From assembly GCA_002633005.1 (NCBI GenBank), contig NMRA01000082.1, forward strand, positions 783,988 through 847,987: a stretch of DNA of 64,000 bases, in the 5' to 3' direction. The notes under the pieces are model-generated. The model was given only the letters and a program-made list of their open reading frames with translations, ran no database searches and was not told where the DNA came from. Both the position numbers and the translations under genes were made by a program. Source of the DNA: Phoronis australis. Taxonomy: Eukaryota > Animalia > Phoronida. Positions within the stretch are counted from its first letter, which is position 1, and every line of letters begins with the position of its first letter. Of this stretch, positions 38,218-51,592 are shown piece by piece.

Positions 38218-38588
38218 CTAATTTTTGTACTCGAAACGAACTCGAAGTTATTTTCGACATATTCTCTGCTACTTTTGTGCAAAATCAAGATTACTGGTTA
38301 TTATTAGACTGTGCTCGAATACATTAGAGTTTAAGCATATGAGTTTCTAGTCCAAGTTTGTACTTGATAAACCTTATATTCGTGCAACAACCTCGAACAA
38401 AACTCGAAGTTTCCAGTTAAAACTCGAAGTTTGATCCTTACTGTTAGATCCGTCAAATGCAAATAGGACTAAAAATGCCCACGTAAGTCATTATGCACTC
38501 GAGCATAGACACTATTCGTGAGTTTGCACAAAAGTAGAGTAGAAAATGCCAAACATATTTTCGAGTTCTATGTCGAGTAAAAGATTAG
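38218..38588. mobile_element. Foldback/MITE with ~70-bp imperfect inverted arms and internal actcgaa repeats
   Basis: ctaatttttgtactcga..ctacttttgtgcaaa versus tttgcacaaaagtag..tcgagtaaaagattag. Confidence 0.65.
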
Positions 38589-38981
38589 AACATGCGCCAA
38601 GAAAATTACCTGATTAGACTTTTAGAACTTTTTAACGAGGTGGTTAGTCTGCAACACGTAGAAAGAGAATATCTATATTATATCTTCGGACTATATCTCG
38701 GTCTGCTGTAGCATACTTGGCACCCCCAACACATATTGTCACTCGTGCAACAATATATGTTACAATGTGGTACTGATCGCAGCACCAAGTGAGGTCGTTT
38801 TGTTTACAGCTGAGTAAAGCCAGTGCGACAAGCTGTATGTTTTCAAAGCTACTTTATTGGACCGCGGCGTGTTCCTCGGCAATGTTCCATTTAGTTGCAA
38901 AACATTTCAACTACATCTTCTCCCAATTCGAATCTCTGAACAATTATGCAAGAAGCCTGCAGTGTAAATCCCTTATTCCAG

Positions 38982-39074
38982 AAACAAAATGCGGATGGTA
39001 TGGTCCTGGATGCGGCAACACGTGTGACTGTGATCCCGGACAAACCTGCAACCAACTTGGACAGTGTGAACCGA
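38982..39074 (+). CDS. Exon: short EGF-like repeat (KCGWYGPGCGNTCDC..CNQLGQCEP)
   Basis: ttccag acceptor, a|gtaaga donor, 93 nt. Confidence 0.87.
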
Positions 39075-39111
39075 GTAAGATTGCAATCAATCTGTGCGCA
39101 ATCCGCGTTAA

Positions 39112-40573
39112 AGGCGAAGACAACCTTTTTCCATGTCATTTTGAGCTAAAATAAGGTTGGTTGGTTATCCTAGACATATTTTTCACTTAATTACAGCTTT
39201 TCGTAATTTTATTAATTATTCGTCCGCTTTTCCGGAAGTGACGTTTTAGGAGGCAAGCGCATCCCGCCAATTTCTTTTCACATTGTCTGACTGTGAGAGC
39301 TGCCGAGTCAGTCATTGTTCTACCTCGGTTGTGTTAAGTTCCGTCGTCGTTCGCTTTCATTTACTAGTCAGTCAACATGCCACACTGTTGCTGCGTACCT
39401 GGATGTAGTAATTATCGGCTCACGCGCGCTTTGGGAGTGCCTTTGCATCGCTTTCCGATGGATGACACACTTCGCCGTACTTGGCTCGTTCGTGTGAAGA
39501 ACTCAGCGTTACCCGTCCACGCAACGTACAAAGCAGTGGAGAATTACCGTGTGTGTGGCAAGCACTTTCTGCCGTCCGATTACGAAAGGGATTTGTACGC
39601 TGAACTGATGAAGGTCCCCGCGAAACAACGCTTGAAGAAGGATGCCATTCCGTCTGTGTTNNNNNNNNNNNNNNNNNNNNNNNNNNNNNNNNNNNNNNNN
39701 NNNNNNNNNNNNNNNNNNNNNNNNNNNNNNNNNNNNNNNNNNNNNNNNNNNNNNNNNNNNNNNNNNNNNNNNNNNNNNNNNNNNNNNNNNNNNNNNNNNN
39801 NNNNNNNNNNNNNNNNNNNNNNNNNNNNNNNNNNNNNNNNNNNNNNNNNNNNNNNNNNNNNNNNNNNNNNNNNNNNNNNNNNNNNNNNNNNNNNNNNNNN
39901 NNNNNNNNNNNNNNNNNNNNNNNNNNNNNNNNNNNNNNNNNNNNNNNNNNNNNNNNNNNNNNNNNNNNNNNNNNNNNNNNNNNNNNNNNNNNNNNNNNNN
40001 NNNNNNNNNNNNNNNNNNNNNNNNNNNNNNNNNNNNNNNNNNNNNNNNNNNNNNNNNNNNNNNNNNNNNNNNNNNNNNNNNNNNNNNNNNNNNNNNNNNN
40101 NNNNNNNNNNNNNNNNNNNNNNNNNNNNNNNNNNNNNNNNNNNNNNNNNNNNNNNNNNNNNNNNNNNNNNNNNNNNNNNNNNNNNNNNNNNNNNNNNNNN
40201 NNNNNNNNNNNNNNNNNNNNNNNNNNNNACTCCAGCCATTTTCAGCTTACAACACACTAAACAATCCCTAAATCCAACGCAGTTGAGTTCTCTACTAACC
40301 TATCTTGCCGCAGAATACTCGCCGATGGAAAGTGGTGGCGACAATTGGTGAAAAACAGCACAAAACAAAAGTAGAATAGAACAGATTCGCACTGTAAGCT
40401 CAACGCAAAACCAAGTGGCGGGAAGCGCTTGCCTCCTAAAACGTCACTTCCGGAAAAGCGGACGAGTAATTAATAAAACTACGAAAAGCTGTAATTAAGT
40501 GAAAAATATGTCTAGGATAACCAACCAACCTTATTTTAGCTCAAAATGACATGGGAAAAGGTTGCCTTCGCCT
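39112..40573 (+). mobile_element. Kolobok-type DNA transposon with 158-bp TIRs, TTAA TSD and THAP ORF; interior partly an assembly gap
   Basis: TTAA 39108-39111 and 40574-40577; AGGCGAAG..CTTCGCCT termini; TIRs 39112-39269 / 40416-40573 nearly identical. Confidence 0.9.
39377..39660 (+). CDS. THAP zinc-finger domain (transposase N-terminus), runs into gap 39661-40228
   Basis: MPHCCCVPGC..LHRFP..W..VCGKHF..LKKDAIPSVF: C2CH, invariant P/W/F and AVP-like motif. Confidence 0.9.
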
Positions 40574-41455
40574 TTAAGAAGTCAAGTCAATATTCATTTG
40601 ACGTCGCAGACTATTGTTTTAATTAGTCACATAAATTTTGCTTTTGCGAAGGTCTAATGATCGCTTTCGATGTAGGCCTGCCTGATTGGCCAATGTTTTG
40701 TGAGTCCTAGTCGCCCACGTGGTGACGAATGTGACGAGCTTGCGACGCCGAAGTCCACGAGTGGTTACACTAGCTTATCCATAGCTGTCCAGAGGTGTCG
40801 CTATATGTTACGACAGCAGGTTCTTTCCCCGTCGGAATCGAATAAGCAAAGACATGGCACAAGTTTGAACTGAAATTCGCATTTCTGTCGACATGATACT
40901 CTGGCGCTGGGTACGGTGATACATGTGTACGTCACACTCGTGTCCATGAATCTAAGAAACTTCCCGTTAAAATCGCTTTAATCCTTCTCAAGTGCTCAGT
41001 TTCACCAAACATCCAAGTATCGGAAATCAGCGACAACGCTGTCGAACATTTCTGGATTCATAAGTCCCCTTCTTTACTTGCAAAATATCTCTTCGTCACA
41101 CTACTTTGAGCGAATCTTTGAAATGTTTGATAAGTAGAGGAATTTACTTGTCTATTTTTCATGTATTTTTAACTTTTGAATTATAAAATGTACCTCTAGG
41201 CACCCTTTGGTTGCGATCAAGCCGACGGCGTTCACGTGCTTGCTTCAGTAACCATCTCCGTACTCGTATTTTTCTGTCACCCGGGGTGATTAATTAGCGA
41301 GCTGAAAAGGGCATGAGATACAAACTTTTCTAAACGTGACCATTTTTACGACAGTAAGCAGTCTTAAACGAATCTTTTTTAGCCAAAAAGCGTCACATCA
41401 CGGCTTTTAGAAATTAACGTTGTTTTCTAGCAACGAGTTCTGTTTTCTTTTGTAG

Positions 41456-41686
41456 AAATAACATGCCCCAACAAAACTTTCGGCGAACAATGCAAATACC
41501 AATGCGATTGCGGCGACCCAACGACTGTATGTCCGCCTGAAATACTGAGTTGTGAATCGAACTGCACGTCGGCAATAAAGAAGCCTTGCAAAGTCGTGTG
41601 CGCCGCTGGACGTTACGGCGAGGACTGTTCAGAGTGGTGCAACTGTAGCATGACAATTGACTGTGTCGACGGACATTGTAAAACAG
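41456..41686 (+). CDS. Exon: two EGF-like repeats (CPNKTFGEQCKYQCDC..CAAGRYGEDCSEWCNC..)
   Basis: ttttgtag acceptor, cag|gtgaat donor, 231 nt open Cys-patterned frame; not in the ORF track. Confidence 0.88.
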
Positions 41687-41953
41687 GTGAATCGTGATAT
41701 ATCTAGGTTTACACGCAATGACACTGTTTAATATCTCTACGATTTGGTCTAACGTTAGTCTGAAGCAATGCCGTTCGTGAGGCACATGTGTAGTTTAATA
41801 TCAGAAGATCGATTGACACAAACAGATTTAATTATATTAATCTCAATTGTTAGTGCGCGCATAAAATGTGTCATGAAATATGTGTGTAGTTTTATAAATC
41901 AAGCGGTCTAAATGTACATGTAAGGTGGTGTATATTTCATGAAAGTGACTTTA

Positions 41954-42682
41954 AGAAGCATGCAGCGTCAAAAATATATTTTAAACAATTTTTGACTGAA
42001 GTAACATCTCGCAGCGTCTTCTATTGAGTTATTCATTTTCTCCCATGATGGAATTTCCATGAAACATAACAGAATTCATTGATTTTTAAATGCGAAGTAA
42101 TTGAAAACCGTAGTCGCCACAGAGTTTCAAATTTCCCTTACTATTATGATAATTGCGCAGGTGCGCTCAGTCATAACTAGCTGGCAGGATGGATATTAAC
42201 GGCAGATTACTTTGCGCGATCGCACGCCTAGTCTGAGGTCGAAAGCATAGTGTGAGGCAAACCAGTGAAGCAAATACTGTAATAAAAATGATTCTCTAGG
42301 TGCAGTTTAGAATATTTCGAATACTACACGCATGATACCTATATAACTAATCCTAAGCAGTTGAGACTTATATCAATTGTCTGCAGTTTGAAGTAGTCCT
42401 TGCTTTGTTTGCGACAAAGATCACATTTTCGATATGAGAGAAATGCGATACATGTACGTATTTGTCTTGCCAAACCAACTAAGGGGAAGCACTTTGCCTT
42501 GTGGCACAAAAATCAGGGAAGTTACCAGCAATTGAAGTTTTAAAATAAACAAGTGTTTTGACGTCAAAAGAAGCTCGGCATTTTACGAAGTGTACCCTTG
42601 CCGAAGGAACAGCTTGACCTGTGTTTAGGTGGTGGAGAATCACTTTTAATAATGCAATTCATTTTTGGGGTTGCATACCTCT
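41954..42682. mobile_element. Degenerate non-autonomous Kolobok-like element
   Basis: Termini agaagcatgcagcgtcaaaaa / tttttggggttgcatacctct (16/21 inverted match); TTAA on the right, TTTA on the left. Confidence 0.5.
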
Positions 42683-43095
42683 TTAAAACCCAAGATAGAA
42701 ATTTAGCCTTACGGCTTTACCTTATGACACCACTTATTTGTAGTACTCATGGCACAACAATTTAGAAACCACTGAAATGAATTGTACATTGCTCTGTAAC
42801 AAGCAGTTGTGTGTATCAGAGAGTTTCGCACATTTCTTCAAGACAGATTTAGGTAATTTTCTAAAACAGTGGAACAAGAACAACTTTCTGACTTAAATCG
42901 TTCTTCTTGAATTATACCCCTGATTACGTTTTCAGTTATTTAGCTCAGGGCTCTCAACGTCCGTAAGTCATCTGTTGAATAGGCGGTGCAAACTTGTCTG
43001 TACATTCAGAAAGCATTTTGTTTTGTGATAAGCTGCATCTGAGAAATACCTCATCATTATAATGTAATGACTTGCGAACGGGAATCTCGTTTCAG

Positions 43096-44349
43096 ACAAT
43101 ATATGCGAAAATCCGAAGAAATATGGTAAAAACTGCGAATTAGACTGTCAGTGCGCCGAAGGTGACACCTGTAGTCGCGCTGAAGGTTTATGCAAAACTT
43201 GTGAGCCACTAAGATACGGAGAGAAGTGCGAACACGAATGCGGCTGTCTTAACTCCAGTCTATGCACTACATCTAGCGGTAGCTGCCAGGGAACCTGCTT
43301 AAAAGGCCGATGGGGACTCAACTGTGAGAACGAGTGTGTCTGCGAGGATTGTAATTCCATTACGGGGAAGTGCAACAGCATATGTCCAAGAGGACGCTTT
43401 GGTGTACGGTGCAGTAACGAGTGTTATTGCAAAGACAACAACCCGTGTACGCTTTCCACAGGTTGCCATGGATGTTCTGTTGGCCACAAGGGATACTATT
43501 GCAATCAAGTGTGCCTCTGTGGGGATTTGCGCACTTGTTCACAGTACGACAGATGTCCACGATGCGTGATTGGTTGGTATGGTATTACGTGTGAACACGA
43601 CTGTCAGGGCTGTGTGTTCAATGACTGCAATAGGTTCACTGGAGCATGTATGCGTGGCTGCAAGCCTGAATGGTGGGGGGCAGGCTGTAAAAACAAGTGC
43701 GCATGTCGACTTCCGGGCACGTGCAATCCAATCGACGGGCACTGCACAAGCGGTTGCGTCGAGGGTAGGACAGGACCAGCATGCAGCAACCTATGTCAGT
43801 GTGAAAAGAACGAGTATTGTGTTGATAATACGTGTGACTTCCGGTGCCCTAAGTATAACTTCGGACACGACTGTAGGAATATCAGCCACTGTTCACCAGG
43901 TGATACATACGACTTACACACCGGACGTTGTTCATCAGGTATCTGTGAAGATGGTTACTTTGGGATCGCGTGCAGTTTTAGGTGCCATTGCAAGGTAAAC
44001 CGTTGTAAGCCAACGGGAGAGTGCTTACAAGACGGTTGTGCTGAGGGTTGGTATGGGCCATCGTGTAGCCATCGGTGTAACTGCATCGACCTGACTAAGT
44101 GTGACTCTGGCACTGGCGCTTGTGAGAAGTGTCCGGTTGGCTGGTACGGCTTCGATTGTAGCAAACCATGCTTCTGTCGAAAAGGCGTGGCCTGTAACCG
44201 TCACACGGGATTTTGCCCGAGCGGTTGCCCCCCCTTCCGCTATGGCGTGGCATGTGACAGGTTATGCGATTGCTACGACGGTGACATATGTGAACGCTTC
44301 TCTGGTACCTGTTGTAAGCCGTCAGAATCGAGCGACGTATGTTTCAGAG
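43096..44349 (+). CDS. Large exon: ~10 tandem EGF/laminin-EGF-like repeats
   Basis: gtttcag acceptor; in frame with ORF 43509; donor ag|gttagt at 44349 (an earlier gtaagc donor would create TAA with the next exon); 1254 nt. Confidence 0.9.
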
Positions 44350-45010
44350 GTTAGTGAATCAGAGTTGCATCACGCTCGTTTTTTTGACAAATGAATCCAT
44401 GTAATCCTCAACCATACATGTAGGTGGCGTTACAGTCTCAGTCAGCAAATACTTAAAAGGATTCTCATCCCGATTTTGGGGAAATTTTGAAAACGTCAGA
44501 CAAGTTCTGCTAAACTGTCAACAAGAGTGACCTACGTTTCAGGCGATTTGCACAACTGTGGCAATATACCATGTGTCAAAAGAGGAACCACAATATTCTT
44601 TCTGTGTCTTAAAGAACTTTTAATGAGACGCTAGTTTCACATGAACTGGGATCAGAACAAGAATTGGTTGAGACTACCAGAACACTTAAAACATTGCTTC
44701 GTATCCATATTACGCGACAAAGTGTTGTGGTTGATTTTATGAAACTTTCCGCTGTTAAATCAGTCAGAAATCAAATTAATATTAGACCAAGTGGTGTTAA
44801 CTTTCAGATCAAAAGTAAGTATGGATCTTAGTCTGTGACAATACCCTTTAAACCCTTTACAATATGGTGATACGTTCTTCAATTCAGTTACCAACATACT
44901 TAGTGATTTTTAAATATTTCTTTTTCAATGTGTGCACTATTAGTGAAGACATAAAAGCTAACAATAAAATGTGTGTATGATGTCCATGGATCGTGTCTCC
45001 GCCTTTGTGT

Positions 45011-46157
45011 TGTTCTGCATCAGTTGCGAGCTACAGTGGCAGCAGAGGCAATTGTTCAGCCATTATTTCAGTTTTCAGTTTCCAAAATACCCTAAGATTG
45101 CCCCCGAATTGTCTTTGTGTTGGACACGGGTATAGCAGTACTCGGTGGGGCAAATGATCAATTCAGGGGAAACACACTGCTCAGTCTCATCTGAAGAATT
45201 GCAGCAGTAACGGAGATTCGATGAAGGTTTCTCCAACGTGTAAGTGTATTTGATGGATCGTAGCCTAAGTGTGTTGTGTTGTTGCCGGTAACGTTGTTGT
45301 CTTAGGCACACGTTGAGTATGAGCCTTGCATCAAATTGTGACTGAGATAATGAATGTGATTGCACTAAGTTTCTATAAGTCTATCCTTGTATGTTACTGC
45401 AGACGCAATCATTCATATTGCCTGTGTATATTAAGTATTGTTTCCTGTTGTACTCATTTTCAAGTACCCCCCTGATTGTGAACTTGTCACGTGGTACTGA
45501 CATTTAAAAGCGTTTTACCCGCCAGTTCCATTCATTCGTATTTCGTATTTCGTATCTGTGTGCAGTGTATGCATCTCATTGGTTTCATCGTCGAGATTGC
45601 AGGGTTTTCATGATGTAAGTAGTGTTCTTTTGCTTATCGTTATATTCTGGTTTGTGCAATGCATTCTCTCGTGTCCCGTGTAGTTTCAGTATTTTCGCTT
45701 TATTTACTTTGCCGTATTTCGTCCTTCGTGGTTCGTGTCGAGGGTTTGGGCGTTGTTCGCTGCGACCTTGAGATTGCAATTCACAAACCAGTCTGTTTCT
45801 AGCTCATATTATTGTAAAAGTTTAGCGTGACTTGATATCTAGTTTGCGTCACGGTCTCACGGCAGAATTGTGTATGAATTAGTTTAGTTTTTGTATATAG
45901 TATTTTCATATAAGATTCAGTTCATCTGATGTAGCCATTTCGTGACTTGTACATTTTCTTCGTTGATGTAAATAACGGTTTTTGTATATATTGTCACTGC
46001 CTGTGCTTGTATTATATTTCGTAGTAGTGACTCAGGGTTTTGTTTATTTCAGTTTACGGGTTTGTCTATGTACTGAAGGCACACGAATAAAAGAATTATG
46101 CTGTACGTAGAATCACCTGTGTTTCTCTCGATTGTTCGCTGACACTGCGCCAGAACA
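45011..46157 (+). mobile_element. Candidate solo LTR (BEL/Pao-like TGTT..AACA termini)
   Basis: TGTTCTG..CAGAACA 7-bp inverted termini; T/G-skewed body; AATAAA ~70 nt before the end; TSD not clean. Confidence 0.4.
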
Positions 46158-47172
46158 TTGTAGAATATTTCATGGGAATATATGCTATCCTTGTATACGC
46201 TAATAACCAGTAGTAGAAAATGGAATATACATGTACACTGTAGATGCCCCGTAAATTATTCGAGGTCACCAACGCAGCTGGCACAGAGCCCGAATCGAAC
46301 GCTGGACCGAAGTAGTCGACGAATCACAACGGCACAAATCTTCCATGATTTTAGAACAGACCAAACAGAAACGAATATCATTTGAAATATAAAATTCATA
46401 TAAAATTCAGTTAGCATCACTATTATAACATATAGATATGGTCGTTCCTGCCAAACACACTTGCCATTTGAAGAAGTGCAATCAGTGTCGACTACTCGCG
46501 ACTGGGCCTTGGCAGTGAGAGCTAAACATGAAGTTAGGCTTGCAGTTCGGGAGACTGAATTGGATAGAAATTTAAATCATGATTCAGTAAAAGGACTGTC
46601 CGCACACTGTGTAGGCACCAAGTTGGTCTCGTCGAAGACGTCAGTGCAGAAAGGTCAAGTTCGTACAGCCTGATACAAGACGAGTCTGCCAATATGGCAA
46701 GGTCCAAATCATCGCATGTGTCTCCTACGGCCCGAGTGTCATTTTCACGCCAATCTCCATACCTGTCTTTTTAATACCAGTCAAACTCTCTCACTCTAAG
46801 TCATGGTAACTTACAAAATCACTGCTATCCGCCATTGCATACATGTACATACTGTCAATTGATCAAAGTCTTCCAACGATGACATCACGCGGCGGGAAAC
46901 CAAAAAACCAATAATTATTCTTTAGAACTTAAACTTCCTGAATTATTTACCGAAATTGCTCGTTCAGTTGAACTTTGAGTAATATATTATACGGGGTTTA
47001 AAACCTCAAAAAGAGTAACTAGCTTACGTCTATCTAAAGCGATATTTTGCAAAATTTGTGTTACATTACAAAAAGCCCCTGATCTAATTGTATCAATAGA
47101 GTAGCTCAGTTTATAGTTGTTCCAACGTAAATTTAGATGATAGATGTGAAATAGGTATGTTTATTGTTTCAG

Positions 47173-48603
47173 AACCGACGTGTAATAACACTTTTGGGCC
47201 TAAGTGTGAGAAGCAGTCTAACTGTCAGGGTAACTTCAACCGTTTGAGTGGGGAATGCAGCACTTGCACGACTGGTTACTACGGGTTTGCGTGTGAGAAC
47301 AAGTGCCACTGTAAAGGTAATACTACGTGTTCGGGCGACGGAAATCGCTGCGCTTCCGGATGCGATGTTGGCTGGTTTGGCTTTTACTGTGAAAAACCGT
47401 GTCACTGCTATAAGAAGGCGCCTTGTCAAAAAGGCAAATGTAATATGGGGTGTGAGGCTGGATGGTGGGGCTATTCATGCGATCGACCATGTAACTGTGA
47501 ATCACCTACTTGCAGTCAATACACGGGTTATTGCGATGGTGAATGTATACCAGGTAAATACGGATACAGTTGTGAACAATCGTGTTTCTGCCCAGATGTC
47601 GGGCGATGCATGCGCAAAACAGGTAATTGCGCCGGCGGTGTTTGCCCTGCCAACAGGTTCGGTCATGGTTGTCAAAATCAATGTCACTGTCTGGCTGGAA
47701 GTGAATGCATAAAAGGTGTCTGCAAGAACGGTTGCGATAAAGGCTGGAGTGGTCCGTACTGTCAGAGCAAATGTAATTGTCTCAACGGCATGTGCAACAG
47801 CGATAAGTGTGAGAAATGTCTGCCCGGAACATTCGGGGCTCGATGCGAAAAGATATGTCACTGCGCGGGCAAGTGCAACGAAAAAACCAACGAATGCGAA
47901 GAGTGCCCTCCTGGCAGGTGGGGACATGACTGTCAACAAGAGTGTCATTGCAATTTGGCTACTTCTTGTGACAGGCTGAGCGGCAAATGCCCAAGCGACT
48001 GCCAGTACGGGTTCTACGGCTATGCGTGTAACCAGAAGTGCCGCTGCATGAACTGGGGCAAATGCGACCAATTTACTGGTGAATGCTTGAATGGAGTCTG
48101 TGAACTTGGTTATTACGGTCTTGGTTGCCAGAGTAAGTGTGCTTGCGGACGAGCGTGCGACCAGATAACTGGTCAGTGCAACGATGTCTGCCTCTTCACA
48201 CGATATGGTGACACCTGCAAGGAGGAGAGCAATTGCGCCGGTCCTTTTGACCCCCTCACCGGTAACTGCACCACCGTGTGCCGCCCCGGATGGTACGGAT
48301 ACAACTGCGCACAAAAGTGCAACTGCGATGAAGAGACTGTCGGGTACTGTCATCCTGTCACAGGGGAGTGCAGTAACGGCTGTCCACCAACGTATTACGG
48401 TCACAACTGCAAGAGCCGATGTTACTGTGTAGACAATAATGGCCGTTGTCCACGAGATACCGGACAGTGCACGAATTGTACAGCTGGATGGTTTGGGCCT
48501 CGCTGCGACAAACGTTGCCATTGCCAAAAACGCGAGTCCTGTCCAGGAAGAACATGTCCCGGTGCCTGTGAGCAAGGGTGGATGGGACAAGACTGTTCTG
48601 AAC
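47173..48603 (+). CDS. Large exon: ~11 tandem EGF/laminin-EGF-like repeats
   Basis: gtttcag acceptor, c|gtaagt donor, 1431 nt; CxxGxxGxxCxxxCxC repeats in ORF 47157. Confidence 0.93.
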
Positions 48604-49723
48604 GTAAGTGCGTGGTACATAACTACATTTGTCATGAAATTTAGTTGCTTATATAATTTCGACGCTATGATCGTTACATTCAGGAGGGAGAATCATTCTG
48701 ATCGTCATACCCCTGTATTTGGCATGAAAAAGGTTTGCTTGCCGCTTTTCTTAAACATTTCTGGTCGCTACGTTCATGGCAGTTCTAAAAAGCTGGTATC
48801 GCTATGTTGATAATAATTTTCGATACCAGAGGCATGGAAATGTTTGCGAACTACTTGTATTCTGAGTTAACGAAACGCAGTACTTGTTTTCCGCGCGCAA
48901 AGTACGAGAAGTAGCTTCAGAAAACGTCCTTTGAATAAACAAGCAAGTTTTAAACATACACCACTTATATAAAATTGGTGATGTACGGGAAAGCGGGGAA
49001 GCAAATGCATAAAAAGAGCGCAAGCGAAATAAAACGCACTTCAAGCTATGCTAAGATCGATATTATTGTGTCCGACAGCCTTCGAGACAATTTGTCGATG
49101 CGCAATCAAATTCTGTCTTTTTTGAGGAACGCGTTCCTGAGGCACTAGAGTTTTGAGAACGAAATTACTGCGTTTTAGCGATGTTTTCCGACCTATAAAA
49201 CGAAAGCCAAGTTTGATGTGGTGAACAACTCAGCGGAAACCCTTGTGATGCCGTAATTCGCCAAAAAACTTCTTCATGCAACCAAGCATGTTTTATTTCA
49301 CAGTAGTACCTAACATGCCGCCCAATTGCGCTCTTGTGTTATCCAGAGATTTGGAGGAACATTAGTACTATCTGTTGGTCATAACATTGTCTACCCTAAG
49401 AATATATAATGTGTAAAAAAGTACGCATAGACGTCTGTAGTCAAGCAACCATGAGGAATATGTGTTCATTTGTTACAGTTATGCAATAAACCACATTTTA
49501 TAGTTTTTGCTTTTCACAACTCTGTATAGGATCAACAGAGTGCAGGTATGTCGTAGGTGAAATGTTGTATGGTCACATTTTCAATCGTATTCGCTTCCAC
49601 GTATACGTATTACTCCTTTTTTGAAAATGATAATTTTCCACGCGGGTGTATTACATGCCTTCCTCCGCAATTTATGGATAAGACATTTTAACACACTAAG
49701 TGCAAGTACTACAATCTTTTCAG

Positions 49724-49864
49724 CAACCCCTTGCTCGCAACCCAACAGGTATGGAAAAGAATGCACAATGGTCTGTCACTGTCTGGAAAACAAACCGTGC
49801 CATCGCTTTACAGGAAAATGCAATAAGTGTAAGCCGAGATGGAAAGGAGACACATGTTCTCATT
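49724..49864 (+). CDS. Exon: EGF-like (CSQPNRYGKECTMVCHC..)
   Basis: ttttcag acceptor, t|gtaagt donor, 141 nt. Confidence 0.9.
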
Positions 49865-51448
49865 GTAAGTCAGTTTAAAACACAAACGGGCGTTCGGATC
49901 GACACATCCATATACGTGTACCTGTAGCGCGTCAGGGACGAACTTGTCAACTCTCACCGGCAGGAGCCTACCGATTTATCGATACCTTTTGCAATGCCCC
50001 CATTTACAGAAAACTGTCGCAATCTCCCTGAAACATTACTTTTACCGGATACAGGATCTTGGAATTCTCAGATTCTGATTTGTCTACGGACAAAATAGCT
50101 ACTTTATTAACTGTAAAAAGTTTAGCCGACTCGAGCAAGGCACTATGGATGACGTACATTTAACACTTTAAGCTTTAGTTCTTGGAAATTAGGCTCTTGA
50201 TTTTGTATAAGCTCACAACTATAAGGGTTTGGAACCTTGTACGAAAGCTTTGGATATGCTGACGTTTGGATAATGGTTATAGGGGTTACAGTCTTCTCCT
50301 TTTTTTAAGATCGTCAATGATTGCCAATCAAACAGAATACTGGCTGCCTTTGTCAGTCATCGCGTCAGGCCGTCGCAGGCATAGCTTTTTTACAGTTAAG
50401 AATACATTTTGCAACTCCGGAGACAAATGTCAACCTATTTAGGATAGGTTTTTACGTTAAAGGCCTACTTCTGAATCTGCGCTTTCTGCTGGTGTGCCCC
50501 TGATTTCCCAAGACACGGAACTAAACATTCGCCGTTTTCTTGAAATTGGCTTATTTAGTTGGGTAAGTTCAATGTACCACTCCCTCCGGCGCACTAAGTG
50601 GTTAGCAGTGTTTTACGTAACTCAGTACATCAAGCACTCTACTTTCATGTAAACAGCAGAAACATGTACGTAACAATGACATATCAAGAATTTTAAATTC
50701 CTCCTTAACTTGAATTGGAGAAAATCAAGGACTTCCTGACGACAAGGGGAATTTTTAGGCAGTCCTAAGGTTAAGTGCAAAGCATAAGAGGAAACTGAGA
50801 ATAGCATCCAATGGCTGCGTTGTGCAATAGATGATTATTGTGAGAAAAACGACATCACGCATTTGTTAAATGCCATATCAGGTCGTATGGATCTCACAAG
50901 GTATTATTTAAATGCGACAGGCGTAAGCAAGTTGCATTGTTATCACATATGGGAAGTAACCATTAATTTTCTTTGTTGCGTCTTTGTTGAATAGAGCAAT
51001 AGAGCTAACGTGGATATCGTACATCAAGCGGTCACCGATAAATGTTTTTAGTTGTCTTTGTTATAAGACAGAAAAAAGTGAAAAATGGATACGCCAATCC
51101 ACCGATTTGTAAGCGACCATCTTTCGATCGAGTTATCCCATGGAAGCTCCGGACCCTGAGCACTAACGATATGGCCACCGAGTAAATGATTGTTCGACGA
51201 GGCGGGAATAACGAATAATAAATAAGAACAGGATTTCCGTATCATGGGACGCGTTTCATCTACGCTGTGACTGGGAAGTGTCGTGCCCCAGATACATGCG
51301 CATTCCGGAGTAGAAATTATCGGGATCTCACATTTCTCATAATCGTTGACGCAAAGTGAAATTGTTTAACAGACTTTGACTTGTAATTGTACACACTTCC
51401 TAGAGTTTGCACGTGACCACATTGAATATGTGTTTCAACCGTTCTCAG

Positions 51449-51592
51449 TTGAGGATTGTGACAAACCAAACGTCTACGGCGAAAAATGCGAATCAGAGTG
51501 CCGGTGCCTTTCCCCGGATCATTGTGACAATGTCACGGGAAGCTGTGGCGGTATTTGTCCACCGCGGCGGCAAGGAGACAAGTGTGACCTGA
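51449..51592 (+). CDS. Exon: EGF-like (CDKPNVYGEKCESECRC..)
   Basis: ttctcag acceptor, a|gtaagt donor, 144 nt. Confidence 0.9.
   Translation: MRIVTNQTSTAKNANQSAGAFPRIIVTMSREAVAVFVHRGGKETSVT

Noticed and set aside
39580-40351. Long ORFs spanning the N run
   Set aside because: Artefacts of translating through the gap; only the THAP part (39377-39660) is supported.
44313-44319. Donor t|gtaagc as the end of the first giant EGF exon
   Set aside because: It would create TAA with exon 47173; the donor at 44349 keeps the frame and completes a C-x8-C pair.
44452-44852. Another TTAA-flanked element
   Set aside because: Terminal inverted match is too weak to distinguish from chance.
47502-48635. 377-aa antisense ORF
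   Set aside because: Shadow of the Cys/Gly-rich EGF exon (TGY codons read as Ala/Thr on the other strand); no independent motifs.
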